A DNA stretch of 64,000 bases from assembly GCA_964418315.1 (NCBI GenBank), contig CAYQMO010000002.1, positions 579 to 64,578 on the forward strand, in the 5' to 3' direction. The translations under genes were made by a program, and so were the position numbers. This document shows positions 33,666 to 44,774 of the stretch, in pieces; the stretch's first letter is position 1; the number at the start of each line of letters is the position of its first letter. Origin of the DNA: an uncultured Geobacter sp. GTDB taxonomy: Bacteria; Desulfobacterota; Desulfuromonadia; Geobacterales; Pseudopelobacteraceae. The notes below the pieces were generated by a model that worked only from the letters and a program-made list of their open reading frames with translations, was not told where the DNA came from and ran no database searches.

Positions 33666-34892
33666 ATGTCTCAATCTGAAGTGAACCCCCCTGATCCAAA
33701 GGCATCATCCCTTGAGGCGGGGTCTGAGGAAGAAATCAATCTTCTTGAGCTTCTCCTTGTCCTTGCCAGAAACTGGAGAATGATTGTTGGTGTTCCAATT
33801 GTAGTTGCGATTATTACGGCCATATATTCATTGACTCTACCAAATATTTATACTGCCAAGGCTATGATTCTGTCGAATGACGAGGGTGGCGGCATGATGA
33901 GTACTATGCTGGCTCAGATGGGAGGTCTCGCTTCGCTTGCCGGAGGAGGTCTTGGTGGGGCAACTAAAGCTGACTTGTATATCGCTATAATGAAAAGTGA
34001 AACGGTCAAAGACTCGCTCATTGACCGCTTTAAGTTGATGGAGCTGTATAAAGCCAAACTGCGTACATCAGTCTATAACGCATTGGACGGCAACTCGGCG
34101 ATCACTCCTGGAAAAAAAGACGGGATTATCACCATTGCGGTGTCCGATAAAGATCCAAAGCTGGCCGCAGACATAGCCAACGCCTACGTTGAGGAACTGG
34201 GTAAGCGGGCAATTAAGTTGGGCATGACGGGTGCCGGTATGAACCGGGTCTTTCTGGAAGAGCGTCTCGCCAAAGCCAAGGTTGATCTGTCTGCTGCTGA
34301 AAATACGCTGAAATCTTTTCAAACGAAAAATAAGGCGATGGCTGTTACTGATCAGGCAAGGACGACTCTGGAAGGCGTAGCACGTCTGCGGGCTGAGTTG
34401 GTTGCTCAGGAGGTACAGTTGGCTGTATTGAAGCGGCAGTTTACCGAGGAGAGTCAGGATGTCAAAAGAGCCAACGCCACAATAGCCAATCTCCGCGGCC
34501 AGATAGCCAGGATGGAGGGTGCTGGTTCAGATGGTTCCATGCCGGGTGTAGGTGCCATGCCGCAACTGGGTCAGGAATATATGCGCTTGATGCGTGAGTT
34601 CAAAATTCAGGAATCTCTGGTGGAGCTGCTGACCAAACAGTATGAAATGACCAAACTTAATGAAGCCAAAGACGTTGTGCCTTTTCAGGTGTTTCAGTCG
34701 GCCAGGGTGCCGGAGTTGAAAAGCAAGCCGAAGAGGAGCCTGATGGTGATATTGGCGACTGTTACCAGCGGTTTTCTGATGGTGTTTTTGGCCTTTATTC
34801 GTGAATATGCTTCAAAGATGAACGATGAGGATCGTAAGCGATGGCAGGAATTGCGAAGCGTCCTGCCGTTTTTCAGGCGAAGTCGTTATTAA
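33666..34892 (+). CDS. Wzz/GumC-type polysaccharide chain-length determinant protein
   Basis: An N-terminal TM segment (MIVGVPIVVAIITAIYSL), LPNIYTAKAMIL, a long coiled-coil periplasmic region, and a C-terminal TM. ATG at 33666 has a GGAGAA Shine-Dalgarno sequence; the ORF-track extension from 33522 looks non-coding. Confidence 0.8.
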   Translation: MSQSEVNPPDPKASSLEAGSEEEINLLELLLVLARNWRMIVGVPIVVAIITAIYSLTLPNIYTAKAMILSNDEGGGMMSTMLAQMGGLASLAGGGLGGATKADLYIAIMKSETVKDSLIDRFKLMELYKAKLRTSVYNALDGNSAITPGKKDGIITIAVSDKDPKLAADIANAYVEELGKRAIKLGMTGAGMNRVFLEERLAKAKVDLSAAENTLKSFQTKNKAMAVTDQARTTLEGVARLRAELVAQEVQLAVLKRQFTEESQDVKRANATIANLRGQIARMEGAGSDGSMPGVGAMPQLGQEYMRLMREFKIQESLVELLTKQYEMTKLNEAKDVVPFQVFQSARVPELKSKPKRSLMVILATVTSGFLMVFLAFIREYASKMNDEDRKRWQELRSVLPFFRRSRY

Positions 34893-34933
34893 AATATCAA
34901 GTTCCGGCCTGGCCGGGTTAGGAGTAACCTTAT

Positions 34934-36058
34934 ATGCGGATAAAAAAAGCACTTATCACCGGAATCACTGGTCAGGACGGTTCATACCTTGCGGAATTGC
35001 TGCTGGAAAAAGGATATGAAGTACATGGAATCAAGCGCCGCGCATCATCGTTGAACACCCAGCGGGTTGACCACATATACCAGGATCCCCATATAAAAGA
35101 CGCTCACTTCAGGCTTCATTACGGAGACCTGACCGACTCGTCAAATTTAACCCGCATCATCCAGGAAATTCAGCCTGATGAAGTTTACAACCTGGGCGCC
35201 CAGTCTCATGTCGCCGTCAGCTTCGAATCTCCGGAATATACCTGTGACGTCGATGCTACCGGCACACTCCGTATCCTTGAGGCGATACGCTTGCTGGGTC
35301 TGGAAAAAAAGACCCGTATCTATCAGGCATCGACATCCGAACTGTTCGGACTTGTTCAGGAAACCCCTCAGAAAGAGACAACTCCCTTCTATCCGCGCTC
35401 TCCCTACGCAGTTGCCAAAATGTATGCCTACTGGATTACGGTCAACTATCGTGAAGCGTACGGCATGTACGCCTGCAATGGCATCCTCTTCAACCACGAA
35501 TCGCCCCGTCGTGGAGAAACCTTCGTAACTCGCAAGATAACCCGCGGCCTTGCCAATATTTCCCAGGGTCTGGAACAGTGTCTCTATATGGGGAACATCG
35601 ATTCCCTGCGCGATTGGGGGCATGCCAGAGATTACGTCAAGATGCAGTGGCTGATGCTGCAGCAGGATCACCCCGAAGATTTCGTCATCGCTACCGGTGT
35701 GCAATATACAGTACGCCAGTTTGTTATCTGGGCGGCCGCAGAGTTAGGCATAGCGCTACAGTTTGAAGGTCAGGGAGTAGACGAGATTGCCACTGTTGCC
35801 GAAGTGGTCGGCAACAAAGCCCCTGCGGTAAAAAGAGGAGACGTGATCGTTCGCATCGACCCACGCTACTTCCGTCCCACAGAAGTAGAAACCCTTTTGG
35901 GTGACCCCTCAAAGGCAAAAGAAAAGCTCGGCTGGGTTCCGGAGATAACGGTGCAGGAGATGTGCGCTGAAATGATCGCGCACGACCTTGAAGAGGCTCA
36001 GCGTCATGCACTGCTGAAATCTCACGGCTTCAGCGTTGCGGTCTGCACGGAGCACTGA
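34934..36058 (+). CDS. gmd: GDP-mannose 4,6-dehydratase
   Basis: [44 protein letters not shown] (YxxxK), and [17 protein letters not shown]. Confidence 0.95.
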   Translation: MRIKKALITGITGQDGSYLAELLLEKGYEVHGIKRRASSLNTQRVDHIYQDPHIKDAHFRLHYGDLTDSSNLTRIIQEIQPDEVYNLGAQSHVAVSFESPEYTCDVDATGTLRILEAIRLLGLEKKTRIYQASTSELFGLVQETPQKETTPFYPRSPYAVAKMYAYWITVNYREAYGMYACNGILFNHESPRRGETFVTRKITRGLANISQGLEQCLYMGNIDSLRDWGHARDYVKMQWLMLQQDHPEDFVIATGVQYTVRQFVIWAAAELGIALQFEGQGVDEIATVAEVVGNKAPAVKRGDVIVRIDPRYFRPTEVETLLGDPSKAKEKLGWVPEITVQEMCAEMIAHDLEEAQRHALLKSHGFSVAVCTEH

Positions 36059-36099
36059 TTTTATAGAGCCGCTCATTTTGCACTTGGAGAGTTTATCGG

Positions 36100-37581
36100 A
36101 TGGCATTACGCGTTTATAACACCCTGACTGGTGAAAAAGAGATTTTCGTTCCGCTGACTCCCGGCAAGGTAGGGATGTATGTCTGCGGGGTAACCGTTTA
36201 TGATTATTGTCATATTGGCCATGCCCGTGCCGGCGTGGCGTTCGATATCATTTTTCGCTACCTGAAATATTCCGGTTATGATGTTACCTACGTCCGTAAC
36301 TATACCGATATCGATGACAAAATTATCAATCGTGCTAACCAGGAAGGAACCGACTACCGTACAATCGCCGACCGCTATATCAAGGCGTTTGATGACGATA
36401 TGGGTCGTCTTGGTCTGGCCAGTCCTACTATAGAACCAAAAGCCACCGATCATATCTGCGGGATCATCAGCATTGTCGAAACTTTAATTGCCAAGGGGCA
36501 CGCCTATACCTCAGATGGCGACGTCTATTATGCAGTTGAGACCTTTCCCGACTATCTGAAACTTTCCGGACGCAACCTTGAAGAGATGCAGGCTGGGGCC
36601 AGGGTGGAAGTGGGAGACAAAAAACGGCATCCGATGGATTTTGCTCTTTGGAAGGCTTCAAAACCGGGAGAACCGTGGTGGCCGTCGCCCTGGGGCAATG
36701 GACGCCCCGGCTGGCATATCGAATGTTCAGCCATGAGTATGGAATTTCTTGGTAAAACCTTTGATATTCATGGTGGTGGCAAAGATCTGGTATTTCCCCA
36801 CCACGAAAATGAAATCGCCCAGTCGGAAGCTGCCAACGGTTGCCGGTTTGTTCGTTACTGGCTGCATAATGGCTTCATAAATATCAACGCGGAGAAGATG
36901 AGCAAATCTCTGGGCAACTTTTTTACCATCCGTGAGGTGTTGAAAAAATATGATCCGGAAACGCTCCGTTTTTTCCTCCTTTCGGCACACTACCGGTCTC
37001 CGATTGATTTTTCCGACCAGAATCTGGATGATGCTCAATCGGGGCTGGAACGGATATACGGCTGTCTTGCGGCGCTTGACGAAATACTGAATGGACTCTC
37101 TCTTTCGCCTGAAGTTGTCGAGTTGGAAAACTTGACACCGGTCGGGTTGGAGCTCCAGGAAAAGGTAAACCAGTTCTTTCCCCGTTTTGTCGAAGCGATG
37201 GACGATGACTTTAATGCCGCCCAGGCGCTGGGAGTCATGTTTGAAACCGTGCGTGCCACCAACCGTTTTTTGGCGGAAATGAAGGAGTTGACGCCTCCTC
37301 TGCTGTCGCTGATTGCGCAAGTTCGCCATCTATTTGTTGAAGTAGGAACAGTGCTGGGGCTGTTCACCACTCGTCCCGCAGCCTGGCTGGAAGGGATCAA
37401 GAGTGCCAAGGCTGACAAGATTGACATAACTGCGGATGAGATCGAGCTTTTGATCGCCGAGCGAGCCGAGGCGCGTGGCGCTAAAAATTTTAAACGTGGC
37501 GATGAAATACGTGATTTACTGTCGGAAAAGGGTATCCTGTTGCTGGATTCTGCGCAGGGTACCACTTGGAATGTGAAGTGA
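36100..37581 (+). CDS. cysS: Cysteinyl-tRNA synthetase
   Basis: [18 protein letters not shown] (HIGH motif) and KMSKSLGN (KMSKS motif). Confidence 0.96.
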   Translation: MALRVYNTLTGEKEIFVPLTPGKVGMYVCGVTVYDYCHIGHARAGVAFDIIFRYLKYSGYDVTYVRNYTDIDDKIINRANQEGTDYRTIADRYIKAFDDDMGRLGLASPTIEPKATDHICGIISIVETLIAKGHAYTSDGDVYYAVETFPDYLKLSGRNLEEMQAGARVEVGDKKRHPMDFALWKASKPGEPWWPSPWGNGRPGWHIECSAMSMEFLGKTFDIHGGGKDLVFPHHENEIAQSEAANGCRFVRYWLHNGFININAEKMSKSLGNFFTIREVLKKYDPETLRFFLLSAHYRSPIDFSDQNLDDAQSGLERIYGCLAALDEILNGLSLSPEVVELENLTPVGLELQEKVNQFFPRFVEAMDDDFNAAQALGVMFETVRATNRFLAEMKELTPPLLSLIAQVRHLFVEVGTVLGLFTTRPAAWLEGIKSAKADKIDITADEIELLIAERAEARGAKNFKRGDEIRDLLSEKGILLLDSAQGTTWNVK

Positions 37582-37606
37582 CCCTATAGCATTCAACGGA
37601 GTATGC

Positions 37607-39232
37607 GTGAATCAGAAATATTGCTGGAACAGGGACGAAATTGGGCAGGCAGATTGTCCGATGGTCGGCAGGGGTGATGAGGAACTGCTCGTTTCAAAAC
37701 AGCAGCGCCGCTTGGAAATGTGCGGTGAATGTTGCATATTTGTTAATGACCTGAAACAGTTATATGAAGAACATAACCCTCTTGCACCCCTTCTCACCGA
37801 TCTGCTGAGTGAAAACCGCCGTCAGAAAACCGAAATTCAATCACTGGTCAGTTTTCTCGATAATAAAATTCTGGAGATGCGTTTCCTGCATGAGCTTGGG
37901 TCCGTATTGCAAAGCTCCGTCGATCTGGATGAAGTACTTTCAGTTGCTCTGACCGCAATTACCGCCGGCAAAGGCTTCGGTATGAACCGGGCCTTCCTGC
38001 TGCTCTATGATCGCGAAGCGGGTATTCTCAGGGGGCACCTCGGAATAGGCCCCGCTAATTGGGATGAAGCAGGCCACGTTTGGGGTGAAATTGTTCAGAG
38101 TGACTTGAATCTCCAGGCCATGTCACAAAATTTCCGGCAGAATAAACTGTCGTCTGAACGGGCAAAATTTCACGATCTCCTTGAAAAGTTAAGCATCCCC
38201 ATCGCCAATGAAGATCACATTCTCATCAAAGCACTGGATGGAAGGCATCCGATCATGGTGCGGGGAGCTTTTCAGCATCCGGATGTCCCGCCGGAACTGG
38301 CGCGTCTGCTGGGGGTTGACACCTTCCTGCTGCTGCCGCTCATTTCGCGCAATCGCCGTATCGGTATGATCATCGCTGATAACTGCATAACCAATCGTAC
38401 AATCACCGAAGAAGATATGCATTCGATCGAAACATTCGCTTTTCCGGTCGCATTTGCCATTGAACGAGCGTCCCTGTACGACAAGCTGCAAGTGGAGCTT
38501 AATCGCGTAACCGAAGCTGGAAAAAAACTGAAGGAGCAGCAGGAGCTGATCGTCAGAATGGAAAATATGGCGCTGGTCGGGCGGATAACTTCCAGCATTG
38601 CTCATTCGGTGCGTAATCCGCTGATGATCATCGGTGGTTTTGCCCGATCCATGCTCAAAAACAGCCCGGCCTCAGACCCGAAACGTACCTTCATCGAATC
38701 AATAGTTACCGAAACTCAACAACTGGAGGGTGTTCTGGATGAGATTCTCAACTATTCCGATTCGCTCTACCCCACGCGAGACTTCTGGGATGTGAACCAT
38801 TTGATTGAAGCTACGTTGCGTGATACCGCTGATGCGTTGATGTCACTAGGCTATGCGACCGGATACTCACCAGGCCATGACCTGCCAACGGTATACATTG
38901 ACTTTAAACAGCTCTCCTATTGTCTCCGTACCCTTCTGCAAAATGATATCAATAGCATTGGCGGCGACCTTTCTATTGCCATAAGCTCTCAAAGTGGAGA
39001 AGGCTCTGTTATCATCCGAGTTCAGGATCGCAGCAGGCACATTTCACAGGCTGAAATGGATCACTTTCTGATACCGTTTTCAGAAACACGTGATCTTGGG
39101 GTCGGTCTGGGGCTGGCGCTCTGCAAGACCATGCTTGATAAACAGGGTATTCCATTTACAGCAGTGGCAGATGAGCACAACGGAATTTATTACAGCATTA
39201 CACTTCCCACACGCAAGGAGGAACAGTCATGA
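37607..39232 (+). CDS. Cytoplasmic sensor histidine kinase with an N-terminal Cys cluster and a GAF domain
   Basis: The N-terminus carries CWNRDEIGQADCP...MCGECC. It is followed by a GAF-like region, the H-box SSIAHSVRNPL, and an HATPase_c tail (DLGVGLGLALCKTML). GTG start. Confidence 0.85.
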   Translation: MNQKYCWNRDEIGQADCPMVGRGDEELLVSKQQRRLEMCGECCIFVNDLKQLYEEHNPLAPLLTDLLSENRRQKTEIQSLVSFLDNKILEMRFLHELGSVLQSSVDLDEVLSVALTAITAGKGFGMNRAFLLLYDREAGILRGHLGIGPANWDEAGHVWGEIVQSDLNLQAMSQNFRQNKLSSERAKFHDLLEKLSIPIANEDHILIKALDGRHPIMVRGAFQHPDVPPELARLLGVDTFLLLPLISRNRRIGMIIADNCITNRTITEEDMHSIETFAFPVAFAIERASLYDKLQVELNRVTEAGKKLKEQQELIVRMENMALVGRITSSIAHSVRNPLMIIGGFARSMLKNSPASDPKRTFIESIVTETQQLEGVLDEILNYSDSLYPTRDFWDVNHLIEATLRDTADALMSLGYATGYSPGHDLPTVYIDFKQLSYCLRTLLQNDINSIGGDLSIAISSQSGEGSVIIRVQDRSRHISQAEMDHFLIPFSETRDLGVGLGLALCKTMLDKQGIPFTAVADEHNGIYYSITLPTRKEEQS

Positions 39233-39612
39233 GCAGGTTACTGGTAGTAGACGATGAAGCGAACATCCGACTTCTGTACGCCGAAGAGTTGAAGGATGAA
39301 GGGTATGAAGTAGTAACGGCGGCCAGCAGTGCCGAAGCGGTAGAAAAGCTGCAAAACAGCACGTTTGATCTGGCGGTACTCGATATCAAGCTGAAAAACG
39401 AAAGTGGTATCGATCTGCTACAGAAACTGGTCAAGGAGCGTCACGATATGCCGGTAATCCTCTGTTCGGCCTTCTCCTGTTATAAGGATGATTTTTCGGC
39501 CTGGCTGGCGGACGGCTATGTGGTCAAATCGGGTGATCTGGCGGAACTGAAACAGGAAATTGCCAGAGTCCTCGCGAGGAAGGCGCAGAAAGCAAAAGGG
39601 GAGCGCGTATGA
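39229..39612 (+). CDS. Single-domain CheY-like response regulator
   Basis: LLVVDDEANIRLLY...DLAVLDIKL (phospho-acceptor Asp)...PVILCSAF...K. It overlaps the kinase gene by 4 nt. Confidence 0.88.
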   Translation: MSRLLVVDDEANIRLLYAEELKDEGYEVVTAASSAEAVEKLQNSTFDLAVLDIKLKNESGIDLLQKLVKERHDMPVILCSAFSCYKDDFSAWLADGYVVKSGDLAELKQEIARVLARKAQKAKGERV

Positions 39613-42113
39613 AAGCAGTCATAATGGCGGGTGGTTTCGGCACCCGCATCCAACCGCTAACCGGCAGCATGCCCAAACCGATGATACCGCTCTTTAATCG
39701 CCCGATAATGCTTCATATTGTTGAGCTGCTTAAGAAGTACGATATTACGGAACTGGTTATGCTGCTCTATCACCAGCCGTTTTATATCAAAAACTTCTTT
39801 CGTGACGGCTCCGATTTCGGTGTCAAGATAACCTACGTAACGCCGATTGCCGATATGGGGACAGCCGGCGCTGTTAAAGCGGCTGAGAAGTATCTGAATG
39901 AGCGTTTTCTGGTTATCAGCGGTGACCTTCTGACCGATTTCAACCTTAAAAAAATCATCGATTTTCATGATGACCACAAGGCCAGAGCTACGATCACGCT
40001 GACATCGGTAAAAGATCCGCTTCAGTTTGGAGTTGTCATTACGGACAAGGAGAAGCGTATTACCCAGTTTCTGGAAAAGCCCGGGTGGGGTGAAGTCATC
40101 TCCGATACCATTAATACCGGGATTTATGTGTTGGAACCGGAGATATTCAAATATATTCCCGAGGGGGAAAATTTCGATTTTTCGCAGGATCTGTTTCCGA
40201 TTATGCTGAAGAAGAAAGATGCGCTCTTTGGCGTCACTGCCAAAGGGTATTGGCGTGATATCGGCAACACCGACTCCTACCGGGAAGCTTACCACGATAT
40301 TTTCAAGGGGAAAGTAAACCTGAAAATAGATGAGCCGAAACAGGATTTCGTCGGCAAAGATCTGCGCATCGGAGCCGATGTCAAGTTGGAACATTCGTCA
40401 GGGCTTGAAGGTACGGTCGTGATCGGCGACAACAGCCAGATTTTGGGAGACGTCAGCATAAAGGATTCGGTGATAGGGCGCAACTGTACGATTGAAACGG
40501 GTGTCAAACTAAATCGCTGCGTTATCTGGGATAACTCATATATCAAGAAGGGTGCCCGGATTACTGACGGTGTTATCTGTGCCAAAGTACGTATCGGACA
40601 GGGGGTAACCCTTGAAGACGGGGTCATCGTTGGTGATGAAACTACGGTCGGCGATGAGGCCATTATCAAATCAGATGTAAAAATATGGCCAAAGAAAACA
40701 ATTGAGGCTGGAGCAACGGTTACCTCGAACATGATTTGGGGGGATAAATGGAAGAAAGCGCTTTTTGAGGGGGCGATAATCAAGGGGCTCTCCAACATGG
40801 AGCTTACTCCGGAATTTTGTGCCAAGATGGGGTGCGCCTACGGCACCTCGCTCCCCAAAGGGAGCTTCGTGCTTGGTGGCCGCGATTCCAATCCGTCATC
40901 CCGCATGCTCAAGCGCTGTTTCATGGGTGGAGTACTCTCCGCCGGAGTCAATGTGCGCGATATGAAGATGACATCACTGCCGCTGGTTCGTTATAAATTA
41001 AAGACTTTCGGCGAGGTCGGCGGCGTACATTTCCGCCAGGCGCAGGATGATCCTGCCATGCTGGAGATCGTGTTTCTTGATGGTGACGGCCTCGATTTCT
41101 CCAGCGGCATGGGAAAGAATGTTGAACGCACATTTTTCAAGGAAAATTTCAGGCGGGCGCACCATACCGAACCGGGGGTTATCACCGACATCAACAATGT
41201 CGGTGATTTTTATCGAGAAGGTTTCTTGCGCGCGCTCGATCGTGAACTTCTAAAAAAATCAGCGTTTACGGTGGTTGTGGACTTCAGTTTCTCTCCTGCC
41301 AGCCAGACGCTGCCGCAGATGTTAAATGAGCTCGGCTTCTCCGTGATCGCTCTTAATGCATATGTTGATGAAGGGAAAGGAGTTCAGGCCAAGGAAAAAG
41401 AGCTCGCCCTGAATCAGCTTTCGGCGATAGTTTCATCACTGGGAGCTCAGGCAGGTTTCTGGCTTGACCCCTCGGCAGAGGCGATTACGCTCGTTGATGA
41501 AAAAGGAACGATCTGCAGCGGTGTCGAGTTGCTTGCCCTGACCGTTTCAATGCTGATGAAGGCCGGGCAGAAGGGTGCTGTTGCCGTACCGGTGCAAACC
41601 CCTTCTACAATAGAGCAACTGGTGGAGCAGAAGGGGTGCCAGGTGATCCGCACCAAGAGTTCCGACCGTGCCATGCAGGAGGTCGCTTCCTCTTCTGAAA
41701 TCATCCTGACCGGCACTACCGATGGCCGTTTTGCTTTTCCCCGCTTTCAGGCGGCCTTTGACGGCATGTTCGCCATCGCAAAACTGATGGAGCTGAGTGC
41801 TTTCAGCGGAGTATCGCTGTCACAGGCTCTCTCGGAAATTCCGCGCAGCGCGTATCTGCAGACCACTCTTCCCTGCCCCTGGGAAATGAAGGGTGGCATC
41901 ATGCGTAAAATGAGTGAGGATAGCCTGGATAAGGAAGCCACGTTTATAGATGGCATCAAGGTCCATTTTGGCGCCGATTGGGTGCTGATACTCCCGGATC
42001 AATATCTGCCTGTGGTGCATATTGTTGCAGAAGCGCGGGATCAGAAATCGACTCAGAAGCTTCTGAGCGAGTATGAGAAAAAAGTTGTCTCATGGAAAAA
42101 GGATATGGTGTAA
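39609..42113 (+). CDS. Sugar-1-phosphate nucleotidyltransferase (ManC/GlmU-like, with left-handed beta-helix) fused to a phosphohexomutase-like C-terminal half
   Basis: The N-terminus is MKAVIMAGGFGTRIQPLTGSMPKPMIPL. Hexapeptide repeats span 40400-40700. The C-terminal half carries a GGRDSNPSSRML domain-I-like motif. Confidence 0.85.
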   Translation: MKAVIMAGGFGTRIQPLTGSMPKPMIPLFNRPIMLHIVELLKKYDITELVMLLYHQPFYIKNFFRDGSDFGVKITYVTPIADMGTAGAVKAAEKYLNERFLVISGDLLTDFNLKKIIDFHDDHKARATITLTSVKDPLQFGVVITDKEKRITQFLEKPGWGEVISDTINTGIYVLEPEIFKYIPEGENFDFSQDLFPIMLKKKDALFGVTAKGYWRDIGNTDSYREAYHDIFKGKVNLKIDEPKQDFVGKDLRIGADVKLEHSSGLEGTVVIGDNSQILGDVSIKDSVIGRNCTIETGVKLNRCVIWDNSYIKKGARITDGVICAKVRIGQGVTLEDGVIVGDETTVGDEAIIKSDVKIWPKKTIEAGATVTSNMIWGDKWKKALFEGAIIKGLSNMELTPEFCAKMGCAYGTSLPKGSFVLGGRDSNPSSRMLKRCFMGGVLSAGVNVRDMKMTSLPLVRYKLKTFGEVGGVHFRQAQDDPAMLEIVFLDGDGLDFSSGMGKNVERTFFKENFRRAHHTEPGVITDINNVGDFYREGFLRALDRELLKKSAFTVVVDFSFSPASQTLPQMLNELGFSVIALNAYVDEGKGVQAKEKELALNQLSAIVSSLGAQAGFWLDPSAEAITLVDEKGTICSGVELLALTVSMLMKAGQKGAVAVPVQTPSTIEQLVEQKGCQVIRTKSSDRAMQEVASSSEIILTGTTDGRFAFPRFQAAFDGMFAIAKLMELSAFSGVSLSQALSEIPRSAYLQTTLPCPWEMKGGIMRKMSEDSLDKEATFIDGIKVHFGADWVLILPDQYLPVVHIVAEARDQKSTQKLLSEYEKKVVSWKKDMV

Positions 42114-42116
42114 CGG

Positions 42117-44666
42117 GTGCCGGCTAAAGAAGCCAAAGCCCGCATCAAGATAAACAAGCTCCTCGAAGAAGCAGGTTGGCGTTTTTTAGATTCAGCAGAG
42201 GGAAAAGCCAATATTTCTCTGGAGCACAGAACGAAGAAGGGTAAAGTTTCCAGCGACGCGTTGGGGAATGATCTTGAAAATGCGCCGGATGGCTTCATTG
42301 ACTATCTGCTGTTGAATGAACAGAATCGTCCGGTTGCACTGGTTGAAGCTAAACGTGAAAATATAGACCCTTTAACAGCCAAGGATCAGACTCGCGAATA
42401 TGCACGTGGCCAGAATATCCGTCATCTCTTCCTCTCCAACGGCAACGTCCATTACTACTGGGATCTTGAATCGGGAAACCCGACAGTTATTTCTCGTTTT
42501 CTTTCATTGGCACATATTGGAGATGCTGGGAGGTGGCAGCCTGCTCCCGAGAAAATGAAGTCTGTCGAGATTGTCGACGATTATATAGCTCTCTCCCAAG
42601 AGTCACAGTGGCGGAATTATTCAGTTGAACAACAGGCCGACGCGCTTGTCAACAAGGGTGTCCGTCGTTTGCGACCATACCAGATTGAGGCGACTCAAGT
42701 GCTGCAAAAGGAATACGTCGCCGGGAAAAGGCGCTTCCTCTTCGAGATGGCCACCGGCACCGGAAAGACTCTCCTCAGCGCTGCCATCATCAAAATGTTC
42801 ATCCGTTCCGGCAATGCTGATCGGGTATTGTTCCTGGCAGATCGTCTTGAACTGGAGAACCAGGCATTCAAAAACTTCAGAAACTATCTGGCAAAAGATG
42901 CCATAACATCTGTTATCTACAAACAGAACAGGGACAACTGGCATGACGCGCAAATAGTAATCACTACTATTCAGAGCTTTTCAACGGACAACCGCTACCT
43001 GAAACTCTTCTCCCCCAGTGATTTTCAACTCATTATTTCCGACGAGGCGCACCGCACCATTGGCGGTAATAACCGGGTCATTTTTGAATATTTCCTCGGT
43101 GCCAAACTTGGACTAACCGCCACTCCTAAAGATTATCTGAAAGGGGTGGATGTTAATGACATGCAGACCAAAGACCCTCGACAGCTTGAGCGGCGGCTCC
43201 TGCTTGACAGCTATAAAACCTTTGGATGCGACAATGGTGTGCCAACGTACCGATTCAGCCTGGAGGATGCCGTAAAGAGTACACCCCCATATCTTTGTAT
43301 GCCGTTTTTATTGGACGCACGGACAGAGGTGACAACAGAACTTCTCAGCAAGGAGGGGTGGAGCGTCAAGTTTGTCAATGACGATGGTGAGGAAGAGGAA
43401 GATACCTATTTCAAAAAGGACTTCATGCGGAAGTTCTTTTCACCGGAGACCAACCTTTCCTTTGTGCGCTGCTTCTTTGATAACGCCAAACGTGATCCAA
43501 TTTCGGGGGAGATCGGCAAGACCATTTTTTTCTGCGTCTCCCGTGCCCACTGCACCGAACTCACCACACTGCTGAACGTCGAAGCCACACGGCTTTTCCC
43601 TGACAAATATGGCTCAGGTTCAGATTTTGCCGTCCAGATTACCTCAGATATACCCGGTTGCCAAAAGTCTACTATCAGCTTTGCCGAAAACAATCTGAAT
43701 GGCTGGAGCAACTACAATCCGGAACTGATTGACTACGAAAGCTCAAAAACTCGCGTTTGCCTTACCGTGGGTATGATGACCACCGGCTATGATTGCGAAG
43801 ACATTCTCAACATTGTTCTCGCCCGTCCCATCTTCTCGCCATCTGATTATATTCAGATAAAGGGTCGCGGAACACGGCTATTCACTTTTGCATACCGGCA
43901 TGGTGCGGTAAAGAAGGAAAAGAAGAAGGACAACTACCATCTTTTCGATTTCTTTGCTAATCACCAGTATTTTCAGGACGAGTTTGATTATAAGAAACGC
44001 CTGGAGCCGCCTCCAATTGGCAGAGAAGCCGGTAATGGCGGTGGTGGTGGAAGTGGCACAGATGGTTACACGCACACCGGCCCGGATGATGTTACAAATG
44101 TGGTGAAAGAGGAGTTTGGCCCCGACAACATCATGCGGGTGGATACGGAGGCTTTCTCAAAAGGTTTTGAAACCAAAGTTCGGGAAGAAGCCGAACAATC
44201 CGAAGAGCTACGCGAAGCGATTGAACGAGAAGATTGGCAGCGGCTCTGGAGCCATGTCGAAACGAATATTTTTGATAAGCCGCAGGAGTTCTGGAATTTC
44301 GAGAAGCTGCAAAATTCATACGGCATTGATCGACGTATTTCCCCGGAAGAATTGATGCAGAAGGTGTTTATCCCCGGCTATCATTTGAAGAACCGTCAGA
44401 ATCTCGTGGATGAACAGTTTGAGCGCTTCATATCTGCCGGCAAGGTTGATGGTTCCCATTACAATGAAGCGAAACAGCTCTTTTATTCGTATCTGCTGTT
44501 CGATGATATCCGTGGCGTTATGCATAATCCAAGGCAGATGGGTTCACTGGCAACGGATATGAGGCTTTCCATGCAGGATCTGAAAAAACTCGGGCGTTCA
44601 GGCATTGACGCCACTCTCAACTACATTAAGGACAATGTTCCGATTAACCGGTTTTTGCCGAGGTAA
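42117..44666 (+). CDS. hsdR: HsdR-like restriction subunit: PD-(D/E)xK nuclease N-terminus + SF2 DEAH helicase/translocase
   Basis: AKARIKINKLLEEAGWRF. The nuclease motif is GFIDYLLL...ALVEAKR. Helicase motifs are I (EMATGTGKTL), II (IISDEAHR) and III (GLTATP), followed by a motif VI region IQIKGRGTR. The GTG start lies 3 nt after the upstream stop. Confidence 0.85.
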   Translation: MPAKEAKARIKINKLLEEAGWRFLDSAEGKANISLEHRTKKGKVSSDALGNDLENAPDGFIDYLLLNEQNRPVALVEAKRENIDPLTAKDQTREYARGQNIRHLFLSNGNVHYYWDLESGNPTVISRFLSLAHIGDAGRWQPAPEKMKSVEIVDDYIALSQESQWRNYSVEQQADALVNKGVRRLRPYQIEATQVLQKEYVAGKRRFLFEMATGTGKTLLSAAIIKMFIRSGNADRVLFLADRLELENQAFKNFRNYLAKDAITSVIYKQNRDNWHDAQIVITTIQSFSTDNRYLKLFSPSDFQLIISDEAHRTIGGNNRVIFEYFLGAKLGLTATPKDYLKGVDVNDMQTKDPRQLERRLLLDSYKTFGCDNGVPTYRFSLEDAVKSTPPYLCMPFLLDARTEVTTELLSKEGWSVKFVNDDGEEEEDTYFKKDFMRKFFSPETNLSFVRCFFDNAKRDPISGEIGKTIFFCVSRAHCTELTTLLNVEATRLFPDKYGSGSDFAVQITSDIPGCQKSTISFAENNLNGWSNYNPELIDYESSKTRVCLTVGMMTTGYDCEDILNIVLARPIFSPSDYIQIKGRGTRLFTFAYRHGAVKKEKKKDNYHLFDFFANHQYFQDEFDYKKRLEPPPIGREAGNGGGGGSGTDGYTHTGPDDVTNVVKEEFGPDNIMRVDTEAFSKGFETKVREEAEQSEELREAIEREDWQRLWSHVETNIFDKPQEFWNFEKLQNSYGIDRRISPEELMQKVFIPGYHLKNRQNLVDEQFERFISAGKVDGSHYNEAKQLFYSYLLFDDIRGVMHNPRQMGSLATDMRLSMQDLKKLGRSGIDATLNYIKDNVPINRFLPR

Positions 44667-44685
44667 AAACAAACCAAAGTCAAAG

Positions 44686-44760
44686 GCAACCCCAACCCCT
44701 CCCAACCTCCCCTTATCAGGGGAGGAGCAAGACTAAAGTCCGGGGGGCTAGGGGGGTTGC
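44686..44760. repeat. Family-A element doublet (MITE-like unit with termini GCAACCCC ... GGGGTTGC) in the hsdR/hsdMS spacer
   Basis: GCAACCCCAACCCCTCCCAACC-TCCCCTTATCAGGGGA-GG ... CCGGGGGGCTAGGGGGGTTGC, that is, tail + hairpin followed by an inverted tail. Confidence 0.7.
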
Positions 44761-44774
44761 TTTTAAGGAATTTC

